DNA of 63,588 nucleotides, the filler included. It is 8 parts of 8 records of this genome, joined end to end, with 100 filler letters (N's around TTAATTAATTAA, not from the genome) between each part and the next. Parts side by side here need not be neighbours in the genome. Positions count along the whole stretch, not along the records: positions 15,830 to 23,097 come from SRR31156797_40771; positions 23,198 to 31,529 come from SRR31156797_40796; 6 more parts are not named here. One strand, given 5' to 3'. Within the stretch, counting starts at the first letter, position 1. Every line of letters starts with the position of its first letter. Shown here in pieces: positions 17,599-27,639 of this stretch. The notes beneath the pieces were generated by a model. The model was given only the letters and a program-made list of their open reading frames with translations. It made no database searches and was not told the DNA's origin. Made by a program: the position numbers and the translations under genes.

Positions 17599-20439
17599 AT
17601 GAAAATAGACGGCATTGAAGAAAATTCCTACAGCTTATTAAATGAACTATTTGAAGGGTGCCAGATAATTGGTTTCGACTGGAAATACAAATACTTGAAT
17701 AATGCTGCCTGCAAACAAGCCCGTTGCAACAAAAAGGATTTGTTAGGATATTCATTTGTTGAAAAATGGCCGGAAATAACAAAAACCAAATTATATAAGC
17801 TGATAAAAGATTGTTTAGAAAATCGAAAAACGCATATAACCGAAAATAAATTCGAATTCCCCGATGGAGAAATTGGTTGGTTTGAATTAAGAATTCAACC
17901 GGTTCGGCAAGGAGCCTTTATCTTATCGCTTGATATATCTGAGCAAAAGAACAATGAAAACGAACTTCAGGAAAATCGTGAAATATGGAAATTTGCAACC
18001 GAAGGTGCTGGCGATGGAGTTTGGGATTGGAATGCACAAACCAACGAAGTTTTCTTTTCAAAACAATGGAAAGAGATGTTGGGTTTCAGCGAAAACGAAA
18101 TTGGCAATACACTGGAAGAATGGGATAAACGGGTTCACCCCGATGACAAAGAACAAGTTTATGCCGATCTCAATAATCACCTTGAAGGAAAAACAAAATT
18201 TTATAGAAACGAACATCGGGTATTGTGTAAAGACGGTTCGTACAAATGGATTCTGGATCGGGGTAAGGTTTTTCAATGGACTAATGATAATAAACCAATA
18301 CGTGTAATTGGTACACACACCGATGTGTCGGAACAAAAATACACAGAAAAATTATTAAAAGAATCAGAGGAACGTTTTGCTAAAATATTCAATTCAAGTC
18401 CTATTGCAATTTCATTATCACATTTGCCTGAAGTATCATTTGTTGAAGTAAATGACCAGTGGTGTAAAATGACCGGATATTCAAGAAATGAAGCCATAGG
18501 AAAAACAGTTGTCGATTTAAAACTAAAAAAAGAAGTAAAAGAAAATAGCCAAATACTAAATAAATTAAGAGAAGAGAAAACGAAGGAAATAGAAGGCGAT
18601 TTTACTACAAAGAGTGGAAAAATAATAAAAACTCTCAGTTCAATTGAATTAATAGAAATAGGAACCGAAAAGTTTGTGTTGTTTCTTACACTTGATATAA
18701 CAGATAAAAAAAAGGCAGAAATTGAAATAAATTACCAACAGGAGTTATTACACCAAATGGGAAAGCTGGCAAAAGTTGGTGGTTTTGAATTTATACCAAA
18801 AACCGGTGATGGAAAATGGACCGACGAAGTTGCCCGAATTCACGACATGGATCCTTCAGAATATACAAGCAGAGATGTTGGATTATCGTTTTATAAAGGG
18901 GAATCGAAAGCTAAAATTGAAAAAGCAGTAAAAGATATCAGTGAAAAAGGCATCCCCTATGATCTTGAGTTGGAACTAACTACAAAAAAAACGAAAAAAT
19001 GGATTCATTCAATGGGATATCCTGTTTTTGAAAATGGGAAAGTAGTAAAAGTAAGAGGTTCTGTTCAGGATATTACCGATCGAAAAAAGGCAGAAGAAAA
19101 ATTAAAAAATAGTGAAACATTAAACCGAAACCTGGTAGAACACCTTCCGCAGAAAATTTTCATTAAAGACAAAAACTCCATTTATATTTCGTGTAACGAT
19201 AATTACGCCAAAGGACTAAATTTAAAACCACAAGATATAATTGGAAAATCGGATTTTGAATTATACCCTAAAGAATTTGCAAAAGAATTCCAAAAAGACG
19301 ATAAAGAGGTAATTAAAGAAGGTATTATTAAAGATTTTGAAGAAAAATATTTTTCACAGGGAAAGGAAAGTTTTGTACATACTGTAAAAATACCCTACCG
19401 CAACGATAAAAATAATATTATTGGCGTACTGGGCGTATTTGAAGATATTACCGACCGAAAAATTGCAGAAGAAAATATCATAAGAAATGAAAACCTTTTA
19501 CGACTTTTTGTTGAATACTCGCCTGCCGCAATTGCTATGTTCGATAATGCAATGCGATACATTGTTGCCAGTAAAAGGTTTAACCTCGATTATGGTTTAG
19601 GTGAACAAGATTTAACAGGTAAATCGCATTACAATATTTTTCCGGAATTATCAGAAGAGCATAAAAACATACACAAACGTTGTTTAGCAGGAGAAACTTT
19701 AACTAATGAAGAAGACCGTTTGGTTCGCTCAAATGGTAAAATAGATTGGGTACGCTGGGAAATACGACCGTGGTATGAAAATGACAATACAATAGGTGGA
19801 ATCATTTTCTTTTCCGAAGTATACACCAAACAAATGATTATTCAAAACCAGTTGAATAATGAAAGAGATCGTTTTATGGGGGTGGCTAAAACAGTTCCCG
19901 GACTTATTTGTTCTCTTCAATTATTTCCTAATGGCGATATTAAAATGCCCTTTGCCAATTCCAGAACTATCGGTATTTACGGATTCCCCCCGGAAAAATT
20001 AGCCGAAGATTTTAATGTTATTTTCAATAATATCCATCCCGATGATATTGAAAAAGTAAAACAATCAATTTCAGAATCGGCCGAATTAATACAACCCTGG
20101 AAAGACGAATTCAGGTATAATCATCCACAAAAAGGAGAAATATGGATTGAAGGACATTCGATGCCACAAAAAGAAGAAGACGGAAGTATAATATGGCATG
20201 GCTACATTAACGATATTACTGAAAGGAAAAAAGCAGAAGAAAAAATTATAAAATTTAACGAAGAACTGGAAAATAAGATATTAGAGCGGACAAAAGACCT
20301 AAATATAAAAATTGCTGAAATAGAACGAATGAACCGTCTTTTTATTGGACGCGAGTTACGGATGAAAGAGCTAAAAAGTATCATAAAAGAACAGGAAGAG
20401 AAATTAAATGCAATTTCAAAAACTGACAATGAAAAATAA
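17599..20439 (+). CDS. Multi-PAS (about 7 PAS/PAC) cytoplasmic sensor with no output domain
   Basis: Repeated PAC ends (DISEQK, DVSEQK, DITDKK, DITDRK twice, DITERK) and VHPDD/IHPDD motifs. It ends in a coiled coil (GRELRMKELK) with no H-box or GGDEF. Confidence 0.85.
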   Translation: MKIDGIEENSYSLLNELFEGCQIIGFDWKYKYLNNAACKQARCNKKDLLGYSFVEKWPEITKTKLYKLIKDCLENRKTHITENKFEFPDGEIGWFELRIQPVRQGAFILSLDISEQKNNENELQENREIWKFATEGAGDGVWDWNAQTNEVFFSKQWKEMLGFSENEIGNTLEEWDKRVHPDDKEQVYADLNNHLEGKTKFYRNEHRVLCKDGSYKWILDRGKVFQWTNDNKPIRVIGTHTDVSEQKYTEKLLKESEERFAKIFNSSPIAISLSHLPEVSFVEVNDQWCKMTGYSRNEAIGKTVVDLKLKKEVKENSQILNKLREEKTKEIEGDFTTKSGKIIKTLSSIELIEIGTEKFVLFLTLDITDKKKAEIEINYQQELLHQMGKLAKVGGFEFIPKTGDGKWTDEVARIHDMDPSEYTSRDVGLSFYKGESKAKIEKAVKDISEKGIPYDLELELTTKKTKKWIHSMGYPVFENGKVVKVRGSVQDITDRKKAEEKLKNSETLNRNLVEHLPQKIFIKDKNSIYISCNDNYAKGLNLKPQDIIGKSDFELYPKEFAKEFQKDDKEVIKEGIIKDFEEKYFSQGKESFVHTVKIPYRNDKNNIIGVLGVFEDITDRKIAEENIIRNENLLRLFVEYSPAAIAMFDNAMRYIVASKRFNLDYGLGEQDLTGKSHYNIFPELSEEHKNIHKRCLAGETLTNEEDRLVRSNGKIDWVRWEIRPWYENDNTIGGIIFFSEVYTKQMIIQNQLNNERDRFMGVAKTVPGLICSLQLFPNGDIKMPFANSRTIGIYGFPPEKLAEDFNVIFNNIHPDDIEKVKQSISESAELIQPWKDEFRYNHPQKGEIWIEGHSMPQKEEDGSIIWHGYINDITERKKAEEKIIKFNEELENKILERTKDLNIKIAEIERMNRLFIGRELRMKELKSIIKEQEEKLNAISKTDNEK

Positions 20440-22708
20440 ACTTATTAATCTAATAGATTTTAAAAAAGTAGATATTTTACTCGAAGGTTTTAATAAAACT
20501 ACCGGATTTGTAACTGCCATTCTCGATTTAGAAGGAAATATTTTATCAAAATCGGGATGGAGGAAAATATGTACCGAGTTTCACCGTGTACACCCCGAAA
20601 CGGCAAAGAAATGTACTATAAGCGATACTGTTTTGGCAGGTAAAATGGCAGAAGGAGAAAAATATCATTTCTACAAATGTTTAAATGGACTGGTTGATGT
20701 TGCTGTTCCTATTTTTTTAAGAGGAGAACATATAGCAAACCTTTTCTCGGGACAATTCTTTTTTGAAAAACCAGACAATAATTATTTCATAAAACAAGCC
20801 AGTACCTACAATTTTAATGAAAAAACCTATCTGGATGCACTTCAGAATGTTCCTGTTGTTTCAAAAGAAAAAGTAAAAATTGCAATGAATTTTCTGTTGG
20901 AAATGACAGATTTAATTGTTGAAATGACCATTCAGCGACTTGAACAGGAAGAATTAAACATTGCATTACAAGAGAGCGAAGAAAAATACCGCCTGTTACA
21001 CGAAGCCTCCGGTGTTGGAATCGGCTATTATACCCCAGATGGGATTGTAATATCTTACAATAAAATTGCTGCCCAAAATATGAATGGCAAACCCGACGAT
21101 TTTATCGGAAAATCATTCTTTGAACTGTTCCCGAAACCAGCCGCTGAATTTTATATGGATAGGATTAGAAAGGCTGTTCAAGATTCATCTTCTCAAGAAT
21201 ATGAAGACGAAGTTCCATTGCCGGGCGGCGTTCATTGGTTTAAAAGTATTTATACTAAAATTCAGGATAAGAATGATAAAGTAGCCGGAATACAAATCAT
21301 TTCAACAGATATAACAGAACGTAAACAGCTGGAAGCAGAAATCCTTCAGAAAAATTTAAACCTCACAAGTTTATTGGATATTAGCCAAAAACTTTCTCTT
21401 ACACTGGATCTTAAAGTTGTATTACAAAAAATTATTTTAAGCGCAATTGAATTAATTAATTTAAATACCGGTGCAATTTATTTGGTAAACAACGACAATC
21501 TTTATCTTGGTGCTACAATTCCGGAAATTCCGGCCGACTTTCCTGATGTTTTCAGGCATTCAACATTAAAAGAACATCCTAAATTACTTCAGGCAGTTTC
21601 TTCCAAAAAACTAGTAGTTATACCAGATATGACTAAAGCAAAACTTTCGAAAGCAGAACAAGAAATCTGTGAATCGCGAAAAATGCGAACGCTTATTTAT
21701 CTGCCTCTAATAATTGAAAAACGTGTTTTGGGAGTATTACTCCTTGCAACACAACATACTCCACGTACATTCACCGAAGAAGAAATAAATATTTATCGCA
21801 CCATGTCAGGTCAAGCTGCACTGGCCATTTATAACAGTCAACTTTACGAGGAAATTTATAAACTCAATACAGAACTTGAAAACACGATAAAAGAACGTAC
21901 ATCAGAATTAACAAGAAAAACATATGAACTTACCCAAAGCCAGGATGCCCTTTTAAATATTGTTGAAGACTTAAATGAAAAATCGGAATTGGTTGAAATA
22001 AGCAGACAAAAACTAAAAGAGAAAAACAAAGAGCTGGAAACTTTTACTTACTCGGTATCGCACGACTTAAAAGCACCATTGAGGGGAATCGACGGATATG
22101 GAAAATTACTTCAGGAAATGTATGCAGATAAAATTGATGATGAAGGAAAACAATTTATTAAAACAATAAGAGAAGGAACAAAGCAAATGCATCAGCTTAT
22201 TGAAGATTTGTTAACTTTTTCGAGATTGGAAAGAGCAACTCTGAAGTTTTCTCCGGTAAACCTCCAAAAAGCAATCAACAGCGTTTTACATATTTTTAAA
22301 AACGAAATAAAAGAGCGTAAAATAGTAGTAAATAATAATGTCCCCGAAATTGAACTTATTGCAGACAATAATAGTTTATCTATTGTTATTCAAAATATTA
22401 TAGAAAATGCTATTAAATTTACCAAAGAAGTAAAAATACCAGAAATAAATATTAATTTACAGGAAAACAAAAATACATTGACTTTATGTATTTCTGACAA
22501 CGGAATTGGATTTGACATGACGTATAAAAACCGGATATTCGAAATTTTCCAACGACTTAACCTTCCGGAACAGTACCCGGGAACCGGAATTGGATTGGCT
22601 CTGGTACAAAAATCGATGGAACGACAAGGTGGAAAAGCCTGGGCTGAAAGCAAATTAAATAAGGGCTCTACTTTTTATCTCGAATTTCATAAAAAACAAA
22701 TGCCATGA
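20429..22708 (+). CDS. Histidine kinase PocR-PAS-GAF-HisKA-HATPase
   Basis: PocR (ICTEFHR...C...YKCLNGLVDVAVPI..SGQFF), PAS, GAF, H-box SVSHDLKAPL, NIIENAIKF, DNGIG, GTGIGL. The start overlaps the upstream gene end. Confidence 0.92.
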   Translation: MKNKLINLIDFKKVDILLEGFNKTTGFVTAILDLEGNILSKSGWRKICTEFHRVHPETAKKCTISDTVLAGKMAEGEKYHFYKCLNGLVDVAVPIFLRGEHIANLFSGQFFFEKPDNNYFIKQASTYNFNEKTYLDALQNVPVVSKEKVKIAMNFLLEMTDLIVEMTIQRLEQEELNIALQESEEKYRLLHEASGVGIGYYTPDGIVISYNKIAAQNMNGKPDDFIGKSFFELFPKPAAEFYMDRIRKAVQDSSSQEYEDEVPLPGGVHWFKSIYTKIQDKNDKVAGIQIISTDITERKQLEAEILQKNLNLTSLLDISQKLSLTLDLKVVLQKIILSAIELINLNTGAIYLVNNDNLYLGATIPEIPADFPDVFRHSTLKEHPKLLQAVSSKKLVVIPDMTKAKLSKAEQEICESRKMRTLIYLPLIIEKRVLGVLLLATQHTPRTFTEEEINIYRTMSGQAALAIYNSQLYEEIYKLNTELENTIKERTSELTRKTYELTQSQDALLNIVEDLNEKSELVEISRQKLKEKNKELETFTYSVSHDLKAPLRGIDGYGKLLQEMYADKIDDEGKQFIKTIREGTKQMHQLIEDLLTFSRLERATLKFSPVNLQKAINSVLHIFKNEIKERKIVVNNNVPEIELIADNNSLSIVIQNIIENAIKFTKEVKIPEININLQENKNTLTLCISDNGIGFDMTYKNRIFEIFQRLNLPEQYPGTGIGLALVQKSMERQGGKAWAESKLNKGSTFYLEFHKKQMP

Positions 22709-23097
22709 ACAACAAAAACAAAACTTTACCTATTCTTCTTGTTGAAGATAATCCAGTAGATATTGATCTTACATTGAGGGCTTTCAAAAAAAAGAATTTA
22801 ACAAATCCAATTATTGTGGCGCGCGATGGTGAAGAGGCAATCGGTTGGATTTCGAAATGGGAAAAGGGCGAACAAACCCCAATTGTAGTATTACTCGATT
22901 TAAAACTACCAAAGTTTAACGGGCTCGAAGTTCTAAAAAAAATAAAATCACATGCTGTTTATAAATCGGTCCCTATTGTCGTACTCACATCTTCTTCATC
23001 CGATAACGATATTGAAGCTGCTTACGAATTAGGCGCCAATTCGTACATTGTAAAACCTGTCAACTTTGAAAATTTTGTTGAAGTAGCGGCACAAATA
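22705..23097 (+). CDS. Single-domain response regulator (Rcp1-like), 3'-truncated
   Basis: LLVEDN, LLDLKLP, VVLTSS, GANSYIVKP; ATGA overlap with the kinase. Confidence 0.9.
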
Positions 23098-23197
23098 NNN
23101 NNNNNNNNNNNNNNNNNNNNNNNNNNNNNNNNNNNNNNNNNTTAATTAATTAANNNNNNNNNNNNNNNNNNNNNNNNNNNNNNNNNNNNNNNNNNNN

Positions 23198-23232
23198 TGT
23201 GGAGTGAATTTTAAAAAGTTTGCAACAGAACC
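23198..23232. mobile_element. IS6-family terminal inverted repeat; the element runs off the contig end
   Basis: Minus strand GGTTCTGTTGCAAACTTT, compared with the IS1216/IS257-type end GGTTCTGTTGCAAAGTT. Confidence 0.75.
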
Positions 23233-23360
23233 CTCTTTTGATCCATTTTTACCATCTGTGTCTCAATTGGCAAATGTGTTGTTAGATGAGTGTATGATAG
23301 ATTCCTATTATGTCAAGTTCTACAGACGTAAAAATCCATTTTAGATTCTTTATAAACAAT

Positions 23361-24353
23361 TTACCGTTGCTCTAAATCAACAAATTTTACCATATCATCA
23401 ATTATAACATTAAGATCATCTTGCACTACATAATCTGCATAATCTAAAATTGGTGCTTCATTATCATTATTAATTGCAATAATAACATTAGAATTTTTTA
23501 TACCAACTAGATGTTGGGATGCACCAGAAATTCCAAAAGCGAAATAAATATTAGGTGAAACGCTTAAACCTGACTGTCCTATTTGTCTATCCTTAGTTAT
23601 TAACCCTTCCTCTACTGCTGCTCTTGTGCCAACAATTTCCGCACTGTATCTATCCGCAATCTTTATTATTTTTTCAACTGCTTTTAAATCTTTTACACCC
23701 CTTCCAATTGCAAATAATATTTTAGAATTCTTCCACTCATTACTAGGTTTATCCTCTTTTTCTACCTTTTCTAATAAATTAACTTTTGAAGAGAGAGAAC
23801 TATATACAGATTTGCTAACTTTGAAAAACTCAACGTCACAGTTTGACTTTACACAATTCTCCAATTTTTGAAATACATTTTCGTTTATTGTGCACATTTG
23901 TATTCTACTATTTATGCACTGGATTTTAGCTATTACCGATTTATTTAAAGCTGCTCTTGAAAACTCATATTCATTTTGTAAGTTAATATTAATCTCAATA
24001 CAATCAGCTATCAGACCAGATTCAAGCCTTGTAGCCAATACGGCTGCAGCACTTTTACCAAATCTATTACTTGGAAACAAAGTAATTTCAGGTTCATACT
24101 TACTTATTATTCTATCCAGGATTTCCACAGCTTCAAATTTATCGCAATCTGTGTATTCGCAAATAATCACTTTATCTGCACCACAAGTGCACAGTTTATC
24201 AAAATCTATATCATCTGCCTTCCCAATACACACTGCAGTGACTTTGATTGATTTAGATTGTTTGAGCTCATAAGCTTTGCTCAACAATTGTAAACTATGA
24301 TTATCGTCACAAGCATTTTTATTACAGACTACAAATATATCATCATACTTCAA
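23361..24353 (-). CDS. etfA: Electron transfer flavoprotein alpha subunit
   Basis: GRGV, GTRAAVE.G, QIGQSG..VSP, FGISGASQHLVG, IAINND..API. Confidence 0.93.
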   Translation of the reverse strand: MKYDDIFVVCNKNACDDNHSLQLLSKAYELKQSKSIKVTAVCIGKADDIDFDKLCTCGADKVIICEYTDCDKFEAVEILDRIISKYEPEITLFPSNRFGKSAAAVLATRLESGLIADCIEININLQNEYEFSRAALNKSVIAKIQCINSRIQMCTINENVFQKLENCVKSNCDVEFFKVSKSVYSSLSSKVNLLEKVEKEDKPSNEWKNSKILFAIGRGVKDLKAVEKIIKIADRYSAEIVGTRAAVEEGLITKDRQIGQSGLSVSPNIYFAFGISGASQHLVGIKNSNVIIAINNDNEAPILDYADYVVQDDLNVIIDDMVKFVDLEQR

Positions 24354-24363
24354 TTTCTCTACC

Positions 24364-25122
24364 TCAACTATTCCTATTTATTATGTTAAAAATCTGGGTG
24401 GATTTTTCAGATGAATTACCTTCAACTATTTTTGTGCTTTTTTTAAACATGCAATTGGATATATTCATCACTTTAGTTTTAGAACCTTGCAAACCACATT
24501 TTGCTTTATCTATACCTAAAGTGTCAGCATCAAATATATGTATATCTCTACATTGTGCTTTTTTAAGATTAAACAAGCTAATCTTATTTGTAATCAAAGA
24601 AAAATCCTTATAAACAATAAGTGCTGGTATCTCAATACGTCTAGTCTCTATACAATTAATATTTGAAATTTTAACAGTCACACTTTTATTACAAGAATCA
24701 ATTATCTCAATTACATCGGTAACATATGGAATCTTCAATCTCTCTGCAAGACCTATACTTACTTGTCCAGTTTCACCATCAACTGATGCTGCACCACAGA
24801 TGATAATATCATAATCCCCAATTTTTTTTATACCCATTGATAATACATACGATGTGGCAAATGTATCTGAGCCTGCAAATGTGTTATCATTAAGTAAGTA
24901 GACTTCATCAACACCAAGTGCAAAACATTTAGTTAACGAATCCTTCACTTGTTTCACTCCCATAGTTAAACATATGAGATTGAAATCTTTGATTTCTTTT
25001 AATTCTGATAGTTTGTTTATTGTTAACAAATCATAAGGGTTTATAGTATAGTTATTTTTCAGAGCTGATTCCTGATGTACTAAGTCAGCTCTTACAACTT
25101 TAATGCAATTTATTATGTTTAT
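24364..25122 (-). CDS. etfB: Electron transfer flavoprotein beta subunit (apparent ATA start)
   Basis: FAGSDTFATS and CG..SVDGETGQV. The frame is open upstream of the ORF-track start: (I)NIINCIKVV...INPYD, beginning at an ATA 8 nt after GGGAGG. Confidence 0.88.
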   Translation of the reverse strand: MNIINCIKVVRADLVHQESALKNNYTINPYDLLTINKLSELKEIKDFNLICLTMGVKQVKDSLTKCFALGVDEVYLLNDNTFAGSDTFATSYVLSMGIKKIGDYDIIICGAASVDGETGQVSIGLAERLKIPYVTDVIEIIDSCNKSVTVKISNINCIETRRIEIPALIVYKDFSLITNKISLFNLKKAQCRDIHIFDADTLGIDKAKCGLQGSKTKVMNISNCMFKKSTKIVEGNSSEKSTQIFNIINRNS

Positions 25123-25148
25123 TTTAATTTCCTCCCTTCAGCTATAAC

Positions 25149-26291
25149 CTAGCTAATATTATATGTTGACAACATTTTAAAGATTGTATTCTTCTGCATT
25201 TCATTTGTGCCAGAATAAATGCTACAAGCCAGCGCATCTCTCAGTTCTCTTTCTACTTCATACTCTTTTGTATATCCATATCCTCCAAATATCTGTATTG
25301 CATCTCTGCATGTTTGTATATAGTGCTCGCTAACATATAGTTTAAATATCGACGTTTCTATATATGCTGTTCTGTTTTTATCTTTTAATGTTGCAATTTT
25401 ATACATCATTAACCTTGCCATTTCAATACTTACTTTCATATCTGTAATCTTATGTGAAATCGACTGATAATCGCCAATTGGTTTACTAAACTGCTTTCTA
25501 GTAGATGCATGTTCAGTACACTTTTCCATTATCCTCCGCATAACTCCTATATGAGGAACAAATTCATAGCATCTCTCCCACTCAAGCGCACTAGTTAATA
25601 TATTCATGCCTTGATTCAGTTTTCCTAATATGTTATTTTTAGTAATTCTACAATTACTAAAAATAATTTCTGATGTTGGGCATGCTCCTAACCCCATTTT
25701 TTCAATGTTAGGCCCAACCTTAACCCCATCAATACTTCTATCAACGACAAAAGCAGTTAGTTTCCTTATTGGTTCTTTCTCTGTTAAAGCAAATACAATA
25801 AACACATCTCCAATTGGACCATTTGATATAAACATTTTATTCCCATTTAGCAAATATCCATCTTCACATTCAACTGCAGTGGTCATCATGTTCAATGCAT
25901 CAGAACCAGCCTCAACCTCAGTAATTGCTATTGCCCCAATTTTTTCACCCTTAATCATTGTCTCTAAATATTTATTTTTAAGAAATTCAGATCCATACAA
26001 ATAGATTAAGTTCTGTGTAACCCATATATGGTTGTTAACAGCAAATATTAATCCGTTGTTCTTACACCTATACCCTAGTTCTTCAAAAACTAAAGCTGCT
26101 GTAAGATTATCTTCACCTAAACCACCATATACCTCGCTAACTGTAATACCCAGTAGTCCAAAATCAGCTATCATTTTCCACATATCTGGTGAAAATTCCT
26201 CTAAATACTGCTCCTCGTTTAAGTTGTTTTCAGCAAACTCACCAACCGCATTTATTATTTGCTTTTGTGCTTTACTAATAGTAAAATCCAT
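25149..26291 (-). CDS. Acyl-CoA/acyl-carrier-protein dehydrogenase (FAD)
   Basis: AITEVEAGSDA, NGNKMFISNGP, KMGL, R.QF.KPI..YQ, QIFGGYGY, IYSGTNEMQK. Confidence 0.9.
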   Translation of the reverse strand: MDFTISKAQKQIINAVGEFAENNLNEEQYLEEFSPDMWKMIADFGLLGITVSEVYGGLGEDNLTAALVFEELGYRCKNNGLIFAVNNHIWVTQNLIYLYGSEFLKNKYLETMIKGEKIGAIAITEVEAGSDALNMMTTAVECEDGYLLNGNKMFISNGPIGDVFIVFALTEKEPIRKLTAFVVDRSIDGVKVGPNIEKMGLGACPTSEIIFSNCRITKNNILGKLNQGMNILTSALEWERCYEFVPHIGVMRRIMEKCTEHASTRKQFSKPIGDYQSISHKITDMKVSIEMARLMMYKIATLKDKNRTAYIETSIFKLYVSEHYIQTCRDAIQIFGGYGYTKEYEVERELRDALACSIYSGTNEMQKNTIFKMLSTYNIS

Positions 26292-26328
26292 TCTTCACCT
26301 CCAGCTTTTTCATAGTAAATTAATCAAT

Positions 26329-27354
26329 TTAGCAGACAACTTTTATATAATCTGGGTACTCTTTTATCTGCTTTAAATCAGCAATAAACTTAACTTTCTT
26401 ATCATTACCATTAACCTCTTTAAATCCATTCAATTTAAACGTAATGTACATTATTCTATTTCTGTCGGTAATTAGAAAATCTGAATATAAATCTATTTTT
26501 GCTTTTAATGCTTCATTCATAATAAAATTAATCATTACTGATCCTACGCCTTTTGACATGACTCTGCAAGACATCAGCAGTAACTTAAGAGTCCAAGCAT
26601 TATCATCCTTTTTAATAACCATAATACCAATTTTCCCATAGCTGCCATATTTATCTTCAAGTTGTGAAGCATAGACTTCATAATCATTAGATTCTATCAT
26701 ACTTTTAAGTTCATTATATGAATAAACTATTCCAGTTGAGTTTAGCTGATGAGTTCTTACTGTTAATTCTTCTGCTCGTTTTAGATCTTCTTCATTAGCT
26801 TTAGATATAGTAAATTTCATTTTCAAACTAGCCAAAAACTCCTCTTTAGGACCTACGAACTCATCCTCATGCATATTCCTTATTAAATTATTCTGGTATA
26901 GCTTTCTCCTATTCTTTGAATCTTCTGTAACGAATCTTGGGATAAACTCCGGCATCTGTAGCATCATTGGTATAAATTTAACATCAAGGCACAATACATC
27001 GCAATGCGTATATTTTACTTCGTCTCTTTCAAATGCTTGATCATCAACAAATGCAATAGTATCCATGCCAATATTAATAGATTCCTTAATTCTTAAAATA
27101 CTAGTTGACTTTAAATTCCAATTAATCTGTGGATATAGAAAATATTCACTCAAATTGAATTCATCTAATTTTTTCATAGCAGATTCATGTTCATTTTTGC
27201 TACTAATTGAGTTTAAAACACCTCTTTTATCAAGTTCTTTTATTACTTTTACGGTCTCTTCTTTCAGTTTGACATCATCACCTTCAGAAAGTATTCCGTT
27301 CCATACAGTATTATCTAAATCCCATACAACACATTTTATTTTTCTAGTTTCCAT
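26329..27354 (-). CDS. fkbH: FkbH-like glyceryl-ACP synthase (HAD-IIIC)
   Basis: VWDLDNTVW, SISSKN, FVDDQAFER, RTHQLN, LLLMSCRV. Confidence 0.93.
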   Translation of the reverse strand: METRKIKCVVWDLDNTVWNGILSEGDDVKLKEETVKVIKELDKRGVLNSISSKNEHESAMKKLDEFNLSEYFLYPQINWNLKSTSILRIKESINIGMDTIAFVDDQAFERDEVKYTHCDVLCLDVKFIPMMLQMPEFIPRFVTEDSKNRRKLYQNNLIRNMHEDEFVGPKEEFLASLKMKFTISKANEEDLKRAEELTVRTHQLNSTGIVYSYNELKSMIESNDYEVYASQLEDKYGSYGKIGIMVIKKDDNAWTLKLLLMSCRVMSKGVGSVMINFIMNEALKAKIDLYSDFLITDRNRIMYITFKLNGFKEVNGNDKKVKFIADLKQIKEYPDYIKVVC

Positions 27355-27377
27355 TTGTCACTCCTTAATATGTTCTA

Positions 27378-27608
27378 CTACATCTTAGATTCAATTAATG
27401 TTACAATGGCATCAACACTTCTAAAATTATCGATTTCAAAGTCACTGTTAGATAGTGTAATATTGAACTCATTTTCAATATAAGTTACTAATTGCATTGA
27501 AAAAAGTGAATTTACTATCCTAGTTTCAAACAAATCCTCACTATCACTAAACTGATGTCTTCCAACAAATCTCTCAATAAACTTTCTTACTTTTTCCTTA
27601 GTACTCAT
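27378..27608 (-). CDS. Acyl carrier protein (FkbJ/ZmaD-like)
   Basis: MSTKEKVRKFI...IVNSLFSMQLV.YIE.EF...NFRSVDAI; the start follows AGGAGA. Confidence 0.88.
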   Translation of the reverse strand: MSTKEKVRKFIERFVGRHQFSDSEDLFETRIVNSLFSMQLVTYIENEFNITLSNSDFEIDNFRSVDAIVTLIESKM

Positions 27609-27639
27609 ACTATCTCCTTTATTATTTTTTTGGTTTCTA

